The notes below the pieces were generated by a model that did not search any database, had not been told where the DNA came from, and saw only the letters and a program-made list of their open reading frames with translations. A stretch of DNA of 64,000 nt from Thermoanaerobaculia bacterium (GTDB taxonomy: Bacteria > Acidobacteriota > Thermoanaerobaculia > UBA5066). The stretch lies in NCBI GenBank assembly GCA_038245905.1, contig JBBRRY010000013.1:7876-71875 (forward strand), written 5' to 3'. Each line of letters starts with the position of its first letter. The first letter of the stretch is position 1. The translations under genes and the position numbers were made by a program. Positions 8,545 to 18,267 of the stretch are shown here, in pieces.

Positions 8545-10046
8545 GCAGCGCAATCTCGACCGACCCCGCGACGATCGTCATCTTCGGAGGCTCGGGCGAC
8601 CTCAGCAAGAGGAAGCTCGTCCCCGCGCTCTTCGAGCTCCACTCGGAGAAGCAGCTTCCGCCGGCGACGGCGATCGTGGGCTACGCGAGGACAGGCGAAT
8701 CGGACGAGTCGTACCGCGCCGAGATGAAGGCCGCGGTCACCGAGTTCGCCCGCAAGAAACCCGTCGACGAGGCGGACTGGAATGCGTTCGCGTCCCGCCT
8801 CTATTTCTTCAGGGGCGACTTGAAGATCCCGAAGAATTACTTGGACCTCAAGATCCGGCTCGAGACGATCGAGAAGGAGCGCGGCCTTCCCGGCAATCGC
8901 ATTTTCTATCTCGCGATCCCGCCGTCGGTGATCGGCGACGTCGTGAACAATCTCGGCCAGGCGGGGTTCGTGTACCGGGTGGACGGCGGCCCGTGGTCGC
9001 GGGTCATCGTGGAGAAGCCGTTCGGGCGCGACCTCGAGACCGCGCGCGCCCTGAACGAGGAGCTGGCTCAGGTCTTCCGCGAACGGCAGATCTTCCGTAT
9101 CGACCACTACCTCGGCAAGGAGACGACGCAGAACATCCTCGTCCTGAGGCTCGGGAACGGCATCTTCGAGCCGCTCTGGAACCGCCGCTACGTCGACCAC
9201 GTCCAGATCACGGTTGCCGAATCGATCGGCGTCGAGAACCGTGGGAAGTTTTACGAAGAAGCGGGCGTTCTCCGCGACATCATCCAGAATCACGTGCTGC
9301 AGCTCCTCTGTCTCGTCGCGATGGAGCCGCCGGTGGCCTTCGATCCGAATGCCGTGCGCGATGAAAAAGTGAAAGTGCTCCGTTCGATCCAGCCGCAGTC
9401 CGCCGAGGAGATCCTGCACGACAGCGTGCGCGGACAGTACGGTCCGGGTGCCGTGGACGGTCAGACCGTCGTCGGCTACCGGCAGGAGAAGGACGTAAAC
9501 CCGATGTCGCTCCGCGAGACGTACGCGGCCTGGAAGGTGCAGATCGAGAACTGGCGCTGGGCGGGCGTGCCGTTCTACCTCCGTGCGGGCAAGCGGCTGC
9601 AGAAACGCGTCACGGAGATCGCGATCCAGTTCAAGACGCCGCCCATCGCGCTCTTCCGCAGAGTCGGCGTCCTCCGGCAGGAACCGAACGTCCTCGTCCT
9701 CAGAATCCAGCCCGACGAAGGCGTCGCGCTGAAGTTCGGCGCGAAGGCGCCCGGGCCGGTCACGAAGGTCGACCCCGTGACGATGGACTTCCGTTACAGC
9801 GAGTTCTTCGGCGCGTCGCAACCGGAGGCATACGAGAGGCTCCTCATGGACGCCATTCACGGGGATTCCACTCTCTTCGCGAGGCGGGACGAGGTCGAGG
9901 CGGCTTGGGAGCACGTGACGCCCCTCCTCGACGTCTGGCGCGACAATCCGCCCCTCGATCACCCGAACTACGAAGCGGGCACCTGGGGGCCGGACGCGTC
10001 CGTCGCGCTCCTCGCGAGGGATGGGAGGCGCTGGCGCAGGCCGTGA
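8541..10046 (+). CDS. zwf: glucose-6-phosphate 1-dehydrogenase
   Basis: …IVIFGGSGDLSKRKLVPALFEL…, DHYLGKE, RIDHYLGKETTQNIL and the C-terminus …EAGTWGP…. The ATG at 8541 was chosen; the six-frame ORF's long N-terminal extension from 7320 is tkt antisense/out-of-frame junk. Confidence 0.9.
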   Translation: MSSAISTDPATIVIFGGSGDLSKRKLVPALFELHSEKQLPPATAIVGYARTGESDESYRAEMKAAVTEFARKKPVDEADWNAFASRLYFFRGDLKIPKNYLDLKIRLETIEKERGLPGNRIFYLAIPPSVIGDVVNNLGQAGFVYRVDGGPWSRVIVEKPFGRDLETARALNEELAQVFRERQIFRIDHYLGKETTQNILVLRLGNGIFEPLWNRRYVDHVQITVAESIGVENRGKFYEEAGVLRDIIQNHVLQLLCLVAMEPPVAFDPNAVRDEKVKVLRSIQPQSAEEILHDSVRGQYGPGAVDGQTVVGYRQEKDVNPMSLRETYAAWKVQIENWRWAGVPFYLRAGKRLQKRVTEIAIQFKTPPIALFRRVGVLRQEPNVLVLRIQPDEGVALKFGAKAPGPVTKVDPVTMDFRYSEFFGASQPEAYERLLMDAIHGDSTLFARRDEVEAAWEHVTPLLDVWRDNPPLDHPNYEAGTWGPDASVALLARDGRRWRRP

Positions 10047-10813
10047 GGGAGGTTCTCGCCTTTGCCACAGCCGACGACGTCGCGGACGCCGCGGCCTTCC
10101 TCTTCGTGAATCTCGCGGCGCAGGCGGTCCGAGACCGCGGAGCGTTCTACGTGGCCCTGGCGGGCGGCACGACGCCTCTCTCCTGCTACCGGCTTCTCTC
10201 CGCGCCGCTGATTTCCTCGCGGGTCGATTGGGAGAAGACGCAGGTTTTCTTCGGAGACGAAAGGTGCGTGCCGGAGGGTCACCCGGACCGGAATGACGAC
10301 GCCGCTGCGGTCGCGCTCCTGAACCACGTTTCCATTCCGGGAAAGAACATCCACCGCGTCCCCGCGACGGAACGGGACGGCGCCGAGCGTTACGAATCCG
10401 AAATCCGGGGTGCGTTTTCGATTTTCTCTCCCTCTTCCGACAAGGGAGTCCCCCGCTTCGATCTCGTGTTCCTCGGCATGGGAGCGGACGGCCACACGGC
10501 CTCGCTGTTTCCGGGGCGGGCGTCTCTCGATGAGACTCAGCGGCTCGTCCTGCGTGTCGACGACGCTCCGAAGCCTCCGCCCTGCCGCGTGACGTTCACG
10601 CTGCCGATCGTGAACGCAGCACGGCACGTGGCTCTTCTCGTCACGGGGAAGGAGAAGGCGGCGGCGCTGTCCCGGGTCCTTCTCGAGGACGCGGCGCTGC
10701 CCGCGGCGCGCGTGCGTCCCCCCTCGGGGATGCTGACGATTCTCGCGGACGCCGCGGCGGCTTCGGTTTCGCGCAAGCCGCCGGCGCCGCCGACGGCCGG
10801 GAGCCCCCGTTGA
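10043..10813 (+). CDS. pgl: 6-phosphogluconolactonase
   Basis: …FYVALAGGTTP…, VFFGDERCVP and LGMGADGHTASLFPG motifs. GTG start overlapping the zwf stop (GTGA). The upstream part of ORF 9905.. was rejected as an extension. Confidence 0.85.
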   Translation: MREVLAFATADDVADAAAFLFVNLAAQAVRDRGAFYVALAGGTTPLSCYRLLSAPLISSRVDWEKTQVFFGDERCVPEGHPDRNDDAAAVALLNHVSIPGKNIHRVPATERDGAERYESEIRGAFSIFSPSSDKGVPRFDLVFLGMGADGHTASLFPGRASLDETQRLVLRVDDAPKPPPCRVTFTLPIVNAARHVALLVTGKEKAAALSRVLLEDAALPAARVRPPSGMLTILADAAAASVSRKPPAPPTAGSPR

Positions 10814-11787
10814 TTCTCGCGGGCGACATCGGCGGCACCAACGTCCGCCTCGCCCTCTTCGAGATCGAGGGCGGCAGGCTCGTGGCAAAGGACGAAAGGA
10901 CGTTCCGGAGCCGCGATTTCTCCGGGCTCGAGCAGCCCGTGGAGGAATTCCTGGCCGGGCGCGCGGTGTCCGCGGCGGGCTTCGGCGTCGCCGGCCCCGT
11001 GCGCAACGGGCGCTCCGAGGCCACCAATCTTTCCTGGGTCGTCGACGCCGCCGCCCTTGCGCGGCGGCTGTCGCTTCCGCGCGTGGCTCTCGTGAACGAC
11101 CTCTTCGCAAACGCGGCCGGCCTCGGCGAGCTCTCACCCTCCGACTTCGCCGTCGTGAACGCGGGGACGGAGAATTCCGACGGGAACGCCGCCCTCATCT
11201 CCGCAGGAACGGGCCTTGGCGAGGCGTACCTCGTGCGTTTGAACGGCCGCTTCTGGCCGCAGGCTTCCGAGGGCGGACACGCGTCGTTCGCGCCGCGGAA
11301 CGCGGTCGAGATCGACCTCCTCCGCCACCTCGAGACAAAGTGGGGCCACGTTTCCTTCGAGCGAATCCTCTCGGGCCCCGGCCTCGCGGCGCTCTACGCC
11401 TTCGAGAGGGCCCGCTCGGGCGAGAGCGAGCCCGGCTGGCTCGCCGAGGAAATTGCCCGGGCGGGCGATCCCGCGCCCGCCGTGACCGCGGCGGGACTCT
11501 CCGGGAGGGACGCCGTGGCCGAGCGGACCGTCGAGCGCTTCGTTTCGATCTACGGCGGCGAGGCGGGGAATCTCGCGCTCAAGGTACTCGCGACCGGCGG
11601 CCTTTTCGTCGGCGGCGGGATCGCGCCGAAGATACTGCCGCGGATGCTGGACGGGACGTTTTTCGGAGGCTTCTGCGACAAGGGGCGGCTCGCGCCGCTC
11701 CTCGCGAAAATTCCGGTTCGCGTCGTGACGAACGACCGCTGCGCGCTTCTGGGCGCGGCGCGCTCGGGAGCGGAGGCGGCTTCATGA
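10810..11787 (+). CDS. glk: glucokinase
   Basis: ROK-less Glk family: MILAGDIGGTNVRLAL…, …GTGLG… and …ERILSGPGL…. TTG start overlapping the pgl stop. Confidence 0.8.
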   Translation: MILAGDIGGTNVRLALFEIEGGRLVAKDERTFRSRDFSGLEQPVEEFLAGRAVSAAGFGVAGPVRNGRSEATNLSWVVDAAALARRLSLPRVALVNDLFANAAGLGELSPSDFAVVNAGTENSDGNAALISAGTGLGEAYLVRLNGRFWPQASEGGHASFAPRNAVEIDLLRHLETKWGHVSFERILSGPGLAALYAFERARSGESEPGWLAEEIARAGDPAPAVTAAGLSGRDAVAERTVERFVSIYGGEAGNLALKVLATGGLFVGGGIAPKILPRMLDGTFFGGFCDKGRLAPLLAKIPVRVVTNDRCALLGAARSGAEAAS

Positions 11788-11799
11788 TGGGGACGAGCG

Positions 11800-12813
11800 A
11801 TGACTAAGATCGGGACGCAGCTCCATCGATTTCTCTTCGAGACCGAACGGCAGATCCCGCAGGCGACGGGCGAGCTTTCGGCGCTCCTCTCGCAGCTCGC
11901 ATTCGCCGGCAAGAGGATCAGCCGCATCCTGTCCTCGGCCGGCCTGACGGACGTCCTCGGTGCGTCCGGGGAGATCAACGTCCAGGGCGAGCAGCAGCAG
12001 AAGCTCGACGCGCTCGCGAACGAGATCTTCCTCGATGCCTTCGCCTACGGCCAGCTCGTCCCGACCGTCGTCACGGAGGAAATGGACCTTCCGGCCCACC
12101 TCCCGGAGAACGTCGAATCCGGCAAGTACATCGTCTTCCTCGACCCGCTCGACGGCTCCTCGAATCTCGACGTGAACGCCGGTGTCGGGTCGATCTTTTC
12201 GGTGAGGCGCCTCTCCGGACGCGGCGAGGTGAAGTCCGAAACCGAGCTCATGGCCCGCATCTCTCAGGAGCAGGTCGTTGCGGGCTACTTCCTGTATGGC
12301 CCGTCCACGACGCTCGTCTACACGGAGGGGCGCACGGTCCACGGCTTCACCTTGGATCCCGGCATCGGTGAGTTCCTCCTCTCGCACCACGAGATCCGCA
12401 TCCCGGACCACGGGCCGTATTACGGCGCGAACGAGGGCACCGTGCACGACTGGGAGAGCGGACCGCGCCGATTCCTCGAGTGGGTGCGCGAGAGCGACCC
12501 CGCGACGGGGCGCCCGTACTCGACGCGCTACTCGGGCGCGCTCGTGTCGGACTTTCACCGCATCGTTCTCAAGGGTGGGATCTACATGTATCCGGCTACC
12601 GGGAAGAGCCCGAAGGGAAAGATCCGTCTCATGTACGAGGCGGCCCCGCTCGCGCTCGTCGCCGAGGCCGCGGGCGGCGCTGCCAGCGACGGCCGGCGGC
12701 GCATCCTCGACATCCACCCCACGCGGAACCACGAGAGGACGCCGATCTACCTGGGCTCGAAGGGTGACGTGGCGCGTGTCGACGCGTACGTCGCCTCCGC
12801 GGGCCCGCGATAG
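11800..12813 (+). CDS. fbp: fructose-1,6-bisphosphatase class I
   Basis: …FLDPLDGSSNLDVN… and …YMYPA…GKLRLMYEAAP… FBPase motifs. Confidence 0.85.
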   Translation: MTKIGTQLHRFLFETERQIPQATGELSALLSQLAFAGKRISRILSSAGLTDVLGASGEINVQGEQQQKLDALANEIFLDAFAYGQLVPTVVTEEMDLPAHLPENVESGKYIVFLDPLDGSSNLDVNAGVGSIFSVRRLSGRGEVKSETELMARISQEQVVAGYFLYGPSTTLVYTEGRTVHGFTLDPGIGEFLLSHHEIRIPDHGPYYGANEGTVHDWESGPRRFLEWVRESDPATGRPYSTRYSGALVSDFHRIVLKGGIYMYPATGKSPKGKIRLMYEAAPLALVAEAAGGAASDGRRRILDIHPTRNHERTPIYLGSKGDVARVDAYVASAGPR

Positions 12814-12858
12814 ACTTCGGCACGGAAGAAGATTTCTTCGAAAGGAAGAGAGAGTCCG

Positions 12859-13332
12859 ATGCGCATCTCGACGATGTTTCTGGCGTGCTCCATGACCCTG
12901 TCTCTCGCGCTCCCCACCTCTGCCGACGAGAAAACCACACCGGCCGCGCCCGCCGCCGCCGCGGACAAGAAGGAGTCGAAGATGAAGACGACACCCTCGG
13001 GTCTCCAGTACGAGGACGCCGTGCTCGGAACAGGGGCCTCGCCAAAGACAGGACAGACCTGCGTCATGCACTACACGGGCTGGCTCTTCGAGAACAAGAC
13101 GAAGGGCAAGAAATTCGATAGCTCGCTCGACCGCGGGCAGCCGTTCGAGTTTCCGATCGGACAAGGCCGCGTCATCCAGGGCTGGGACGAAGGCGTCGCC
13201 ACGATGAAGGTCGGCGGAAAGCGCACCCTCGTAATCCCGCCTTCCATCGGTTACGGGGCCCGGGGCGCTGGCGGCGTCATCCCGCCGAACGCGACTCTGC
13301 TCTTCGAGGTCGAGCTCCTCGGCGTGAAGTAA
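12859..13332 (+). CDS. FKBP-type peptidyl-prolyl cis-trans isomerase (secreted or lipoprotein)
   Basis: A signal peptide plus an FKBP domain (…GLQYEDAVLGTG…HYTGWL…G.KFDSS…PFEF.IG.G.VI.GWDEG…LLFEVELL…). Confidence 0.85.
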   Translation: MRISTMFLACSMTLSLALPTSADEKTTPAAPAAAADKKESKMKTTPSGLQYEDAVLGTGASPKTGQTCVMHYTGWLFENKTKGKKFDSSLDRGQPFEFPIGQGRVIQGWDEGVATMKVGGKRTLVIPPSIGYGARGAGGVIPPNATLLFEVELLGVK

Positions 13333-13427
13333 CCCTGCTTCCCCCCGGCTAGTGCAGGGGAATCAGGGTTTCCCGCCTGAAGTACTCCTAAATTACGCTT
13401 GCGGGGCTCTCCCCGCGGAGGGTTTCC

Positions 13428-14771
13428 ATGCAGAGCCCCGTGAAGCGTGTCGTCATTCTTGGTGCCGCCGGCCGCGACTTCCACGACTTCAACACGGTTT
13501 TCCGCGACAAGCCGGACAACAAGGTCGTCGCCTTCACGGCGACGCAGATTCCGGGAATCGACGCGCGCCGGTATCCCGCCGCGCTCGCGGGCTCCCTCTA
13601 CCCGGACGGGATCCCGATCGTCCCCGAGGACGGCCTCGAGGACCTCATCCGCAGGGAGAAGATCGACCTCTGCGTCTTCTCGTACTCGGACGTCGCACAC
13701 ACGCAGGTCATGCACATCGCCTCGCGAGTGGTCGCGGCGGGCGCGGATTTCCTCCTCCTTGGCGCGGATCGGACGATGCTCAAGTCGAAGGTCCCCGTCA
13801 TCGCCGTCACGGCGGTCCGCACCGGCGCGGGCAAGAGCCAGACGACGCGCTACCTCTCGCGCATCCTCAAGGAGCAGGGGCTCAAGGCGGTCGCCGTCCG
13901 CCACCCGATGCCCTACGGCGACCTTGCGGCACAGGCCTGTCAACGCTTCGCGACCTACGCGGACCTCGACAAGGAGAAGTGCACGATCGAGGAGCGCGAG
14001 GAGTACGAGCCCCACCTCGACAACGGTTTCGTCGTCTACGCGGGCGTCGACTACGAGAAGATCCTCCGCCGTGCGGAGGCCGAGGCCGACGTGATCCTCT
14101 GGGACGGCGGGAACAACGACCTGCCGTTCTACGTTCCCGACCTCCACATCTGCATCGCGGACCCGCACCGGCCCGGCCACGAGACCGCGTACCACCCCGG
14201 CGAGGCAAACTTCCGTCGCGCCGACGTCATCCTCATCAACAAGTGCGATACGGCCGACGAGGGCAACATCCACGCGGTCGAGTTGGCGGCCGCGAAGCTG
14301 AATCCGAAGGCGAGGGTCCTGCGCGCGGACTCGCCGGTCGTCTGCGAGCACCCCGAGCTCGTCCGCGGCAAGCGGGCTCTGGTCGTCGAGGACGGCCCGA
14401 CGCTCACCCACGGAGGCATGAGCTTCGGTGCCGGCCTCGTGGCGGCGAAGAAGGCCGGCGCAGCGCAGATCGTCGACCCGCAGCCTTACGCGGTCGGCTC
14501 GATCGAGGCGACGTACCGGAAGTACCCGAACGCGGCGGGGATCCTGCCCGCGATGGGCTACAGCGACACGCAGGTGGCCGAGCTCGCCGAGACGATCGCC
14601 CGGACGCCGTGTGACGTCGTCGTCGTCGGGACGCCGATCGATTTGACCCGCGTCGTCAAGCTTTCGAAGCAGGCCGTGCGTGTGCACTACGAGCTCCGGG
14701 AAATCCAGCCGGGCCGTCTCGCGGAAGAGCTCGCGAGGGTCGTCCCGGTCGCGGCCGGAGGAGTGCGGTAG
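13428..14771 (+). CDS. cyclic 2,3-diphosphoglycerate synthetase-like / DUF1611-type P-loop protein
   Basis: 447 aa with a P-loop VTAVRTGAGKSQTTR and an N-terminal Rossmann-like region VVILGAAGRDFHDFN. This resembles the methanogen cPGS family. The assignment is from memory and uncertain. Confidence 0.4.
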   Translation: MQSPVKRVVILGAAGRDFHDFNTVFRDKPDNKVVAFTATQIPGIDARRYPAALAGSLYPDGIPIVPEDGLEDLIRREKIDLCVFSYSDVAHTQVMHIASRVVAAGADFLLLGADRTMLKSKVPVIAVTAVRTGAGKSQTTRYLSRILKEQGLKAVAVRHPMPYGDLAAQACQRFATYADLDKEKCTIEEREEYEPHLDNGFVVYAGVDYEKILRRAEAEADVILWDGGNNDLPFYVPDLHICIADPHRPGHETAYHPGEANFRRADVILINKCDTADEGNIHAVELAAAKLNPKARVLRADSPVVCEHPELVRGKRALVVEDGPTLTHGGMSFGAGLVAAKKAGAAQIVDPQPYAVGSIEATYRKYPNAAGILPAMGYSDTQVAELAETIARTPCDVVVVGTPIDLTRVVKLSKQAVRVHYELREIQPGRLAEELARVVPVAAGGVR

Positions 14772-14794
14772 CCGTTACTTTATAGTCCCGCGCG

Positions 14795-15232
14795 ATGCTT
14801 CTCCTTTCCCGCACGATCCATTTCAATGCGGCCCACCGCCTTTTCAATACGCAGAAGAGCGAAGAGTGGAACCGCGCGACGTACGGGGACGCCTCGAATC
14901 TCGCGGGCTACGGGCACAACTACACGCTCGATGTGTCCGTGGCGGGCGCCCCAGATGCGGAGTCGTCGATGATCGTGAACCTCACGGACCTCGATCGCAT
15001 CCTCAAAGAGGAGGTCGATCGGCCGCTCGACCACCACAACCTGAATCACGAGATCCCCGAGTTCCGGACGCGCGTTCCCACGGCCGAGAATCTCGCGCGG
15101 TGGATCTGGGAGCGCGTCGCAGCGCGCATCGAAAAGGAGCGCTGGCCCTGCCGGCTCGCGGCGTTGAAGCTCACCGTCACGCCCACGTTTTCGGTCGAAT
15201 TGGTTTCGGAAGGGAAAGAGAAGACTTCTTAG
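14795..15232 (+). CDS. queD: 6-carboxy-5,6,7,8-tetrahydropterin synthase / 6-pyruvoyl-tetrahydropterin synthase family
   Basis: Family motifs: …TIHFNAAHRL…, CEWNRATYGDAS, …GHNYTL… and …HHNLNHE…. Confidence 0.75.
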   Translation: MLLLSRTIHFNAAHRLFNTQKSEEWNRATYGDASNLAGYGHNYTLDVSVAGAPDAESSMIVNLTDLDRILKEEVDRPLDHHNLNHEIPEFRTRVPTAENLARWIWERVAARIEKERWPCRLAALKLTVTPTFSVELVSEGKEKTS

Positions 15233-16062
15233 AAGGGGTGCCTTCTTCTCTCTCTCTTCCGAAAACTCAAATGTTCTTTTGCGCCTGCGACGCGTGCCGC
15301 GACCTCGATCGCCTCGCGCCCCCACGCGACCTCAGCTGGAGCGTGGGCGTCGGACGAGAAGACGATCGGGACGCCTGCCGCGACGAGGCTCCTGAGGAGC
15401 GGGGGAGCGGGGTACTCCTCGCCGACGGCCTTCCGGAGGCCGGCGCTCGAGACCTCGATGGCCACGCCTGCCCGCCGCGTGGCGTCGACCGCCGCGGCCT
15501 CCGCGTCGGCGACCTCATGCGGCATCCGGTGGCCGAACTTCTTCGGGAGGTCGAAGTGCGTGAGGACGTCGAAGAGGCCCGTCGCGGCGGCCTTGCCGAT
15601 CAGTCGGTAGTACTCGCGCCAGAGCGTCGCCGTGCCTTCACGTTCATGCCGCGCCCCGGACCCTGGCGCGTCGATCCAGTCGCCCGCGACCCAGTGGACC
15701 GACCCGAGGACGACGTCCCAGTCGTGGGCGCGGAGGATCTCCTCGAGGGCGGCCTCGTGGCCCACGGCGTAGTCGGCCTCGAGGCCGAGGAGCACGTCGA
15801 TCCGGCCCGCGAACTCCTCGCGAAGCGCGCGGACTTCCTCAACGTAGCCGGGCAGCTCGGCGCGGGTCATCGCAATGCAAGGATCGGGATCTTCGCCGGG
15901 CAGAAAATACAGGGGAATGTGATCCGTGAAGGCAATCTCCGACAGTCCGCGGGAGAGTGCCGCGATAACGTATTCCCGCGTGGCGCCGCCGGCGTGGCCG
16001 CAGCGCGCCGTGTGGACGTGGTAATCCGTCTGGTACGCGTCCTGCATTACTTCCGGCATCAT
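15229..16062 (-). CDS. hisK: PHP-family histidinol-phosphatase
   Basis: [14 protein letters not shown]… and …HFDL…[11 protein letters not shown]… PHP motifs. Start taken at MMPEV… (16062); the 21-codon upstream extension of the ORF to 16125 is probably not translated. Confidence 0.7.
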   Translation of the reverse strand: MMPEVMQDAYQTDYHVHTARCGHAGGATREYVIAALSRGLSEIAFTDHIPLYFLPGEDPDPCIAMTRAELPGYVEEVRALREEFAGRIDVLLGLEADYAVGHEAALEEILRAHDWDVVLGSVHWVAGDWIDAPGSGARHEREGTATLWREYYRLIGKAAATGLFDVLTHFDLPKKFGHRMPHEVADAEAAAVDATRRAGVAIEVSSAGLRKAVGEEYPAPPLLRSLVAAGVPIVFSSDAHAPAEVAWGREAIEVAARVAGAKEHLSFRKRERRRHPF

Positions 16063-16108
16063 CGACGAACCGCCCGTCGAGTGTAGTCTTTGGGGCAGAG
16101 GGGATGAC

Positions 16109-16702
16109 ATGGCGATCCGGATCAACCGCGTTTACACCCGGGGAGGCGATTCCGGCGAGACGAGCCTCGTGGGAGGACAGCGGATCGCGAAGGACGCGAT
16201 CCGCATCGAGAGTTACGGGACCGTGGACGAGCTCAACGCCATTCTCGGGCTCGCGCGGACCGCGAACCGCGAGACCTCCGGCGCGTCCGACACGGACCGC
16301 GAGCGCCTCGACGCGCTGCTCACGAAGATTCAGAACGAGCTCTTCAATCTGGGGTCGGACCTCGCCACCCTGCCGCAGGATCGCCATCCGAAGCAACCCG
16401 TCATCGAGGCGCGCCACGTGACGTTTCTCGAGAGCACGATCGACGACCTGAATGCCACGCTGCCGGAGCTCCGGTCGTTCGTTCTGCCTGGCGGCGGCTG
16501 GGTCTCCGCGTTCCTCCACCAGGCCCGGACGGTCTGCCGGCGCGCCGAACGCCTCGTCACGACGCTTGCGCGGCAGGAGGCGACCGGCGCGTACGCGCTC
16601 GTCTACCTCAACCGCCTCTCGGACCTTCTCTTCGTCCTCGGCCGGTGGGCCGCGCGCGCGCGCCGCGAGACCGAGCCGCTCTGGGAGCCGGAACGGGCTT
16701 GA
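16109..16702 (+). CDS. pduO: PduO-type ATP:cob(I)alamin adenosyltransferase
   Basis: [14 protein letters not shown]…, [10 protein letters not shown] and …LSDLLFVL… (MMAB/PduO family). Confidence 0.8.
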   Translation: MAIRINRVYTRGGDSGETSLVGGQRIAKDAIRIESYGTVDELNAILGLARTANRETSGASDTDRERLDALLTKIQNELFNLGSDLATLPQDRHPKQPVIEARHVTFLESTIDDLNATLPELRSFVLPGGGWVSAFLHQARTVCRRAERLVTTLARQEATGAYALVYLNRLSDLLFVLGRWAARARRETEPLWEPERA

Positions 16703-18252
16703 CTCGCCTCGTACGCGCCGGTTTCGCCGGCCTCGTCGCCGCCTTCGCCGGGGGCCATCTCGCCGCGCAGGAGCGCCCGGCCATCTCGACGGTCGAGATC
16801 CGCCAGACGGACGTCTTCTCGGACGAAGAGGCAGCGAAGTTCTTCCTCTACCGTTGGGCGAACGCGCTCCACATCACGACGAAGCTGTCCTTCGTCGAGA
16901 GCCAGCTCCTCTTCAAGCCGGGCGACCCGCTGCGCCCCGAGATCCTCGCGGAGACCGAGCGCAACCTCCGCGCCGTCGGGCTGTTCCGGAAGGCGTACGT
17001 GCGGGCCGAGGGGACGCGCGTCGTCGTCGAGACGGCGGACACGTGGACGCTCCTCCTGCGCGGCTCCCTCTCGAACAAGGGCGGTGTCACGGAGTACTCG
17101 ATCGGAGCCGAGGAGTACAACCTCCTCGGCCTCGGGATGCAGTTCGGGTTCGGTTACGAGAAGGAAGTCGACCGCTCCTCGCGCTCGGTCTTCTTCGTGA
17201 ACCCGAATCTCCTCGCGCCGCACGCCGTCTTCCGGATAGATGCCTCCGACCTCTCGGACGGCCAGCGGTTCTCGGTCGCGTACGGGCGTCCGTTCTACGC
17301 GCTCGCGGTCCCGTGGGCCCTCGAGGGACTCCTCAACCGTTCGGACTCCAACACGAAGCTGTACGCCGGAGGGGAGGAGTCCGCGACCTGGCAGAAGCGC
17401 CAGCGGATCGCGCGCCTCTCGGGGGGCGCGCTCCTGTCCGGCGAGGCGAACGGCGCCAACCGCCTTCTCGGATCGATCGACTGGAACGAGGTGCGCCTGA
17501 CCGCGGGAACCGGCCCGCCGCCACCCGCCGGCCCGCTTTCGAACCGCCGATATCTGTTTTTCTCCGGCGGCTTCGAGCACGTCGGGTCGGAGTGGATCAC
17601 TCGCCGCCAGGTCGACAAGCTCGAGCGGGACGAGGACTTCAACCTCTCGACGGGCCTGCGCGTCGAGGCCGGAGTCTCGCCGGCCTTCGACGACAACGGC
17701 GCCGCGGGCCGTCTCGCCGCGACTTTGTTTTCGGGCACGTCGTTCCCGAAGGGATTCGCGCTCTTCACCGCGACGGGCTCGACTCGGCTCGAGAGCGGCA
17801 TTCGAAACGCTCTCTTCGGGGCGGACGCCCGCGGATATGTCCAGGAGGGCGCGTTTACGATCGAGGGCCGGATCGGGACGCTCGTCGGCTGGCACCTCGA
17901 CCCCGAGGTACAGATTCCCCTCGACGGGACAACGGGCGTCCGCGGATACCGCCTCAACGCCGTCGAGGGCGACCGCCGCCTCGTCGCGAACGCCGAGGTG
18001 CGCGTCTTTCTCGTCCCCGAGACCTGGTCGCTTCTTTCGTTCGGCCTGGCGGCGTTCGGCGATGTCGGGTACTCGTGGGGGCAGCCGGACGTCTTCTGGC
18101 ACCTTGCGGACGCCGGTCTCGGCCTGAGGATCGGGATCACGCGCGCGAGCAAGAACAATCTCGTGCGGATAGACGTCGCACGGGTCCTCCATCCGGACCC
18201 GCAGGGTCGGACCGGGTGGCTCGTGTCGTTCTCGTCCGGACAGGCCTTCTAG
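16699..18252 (+). CDS. Omp85/TpsB-family outer-membrane beta-barrel protein (POTRA + Bac_surface_Ag)
   Basis: A TTG start at 16699 gives a signal peptide ([23 protein letters not shown]). A POTRA-like region is followed by a beta-barrel with a C-terminal …SGQAF aromatic beta-signal. At about 517 aa it is shorter than BamA, so it is TamA/TpsB-like. It overlaps the pduO stop. Confidence 0.6.
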   Translation: MTRLVRAGFAGLVAAFAGGHLAAQERPAISTVEIRQTDVFSDEEAAKFFLYRWANALHITTKLSFVESQLLFKPGDPLRPEILAETERNLRAVGLFRKAYVRAEGTRVVVETADTWTLLLRGSLSNKGGVTEYSIGAEEYNLLGLGMQFGFGYEKEVDRSSRSVFFVNPNLLAPHAVFRIDASDLSDGQRFSVAYGRPFYALAVPWALEGLLNRSDSNTKLYAGGEESATWQKRQRIARLSGGALLSGEANGANRLLGSIDWNEVRLTAGTGPPPPAGPLSNRRYLFFSGGFEHVGSEWITRRQVDKLERDEDFNLSTGLRVEAGVSPAFDDNGAAGRLAATLFSGTSFPKGFALFTATGSTRLESGIRNALFGADARGYVQEGAFTIEGRIGTLVGWHLDPEVQIPLDGTTGVRGYRLNAVEGDRRLVANAEVRVFLVPETWSLLSFGLAAFGDVGYSWGQPDVFWHLADAGLGLRIGITRASKNNLVRIDVARVLHPDPQGRTGWLVSFSSGQAF

Positions 18253-18267
18253 CCGGCCCTCAGGCGT

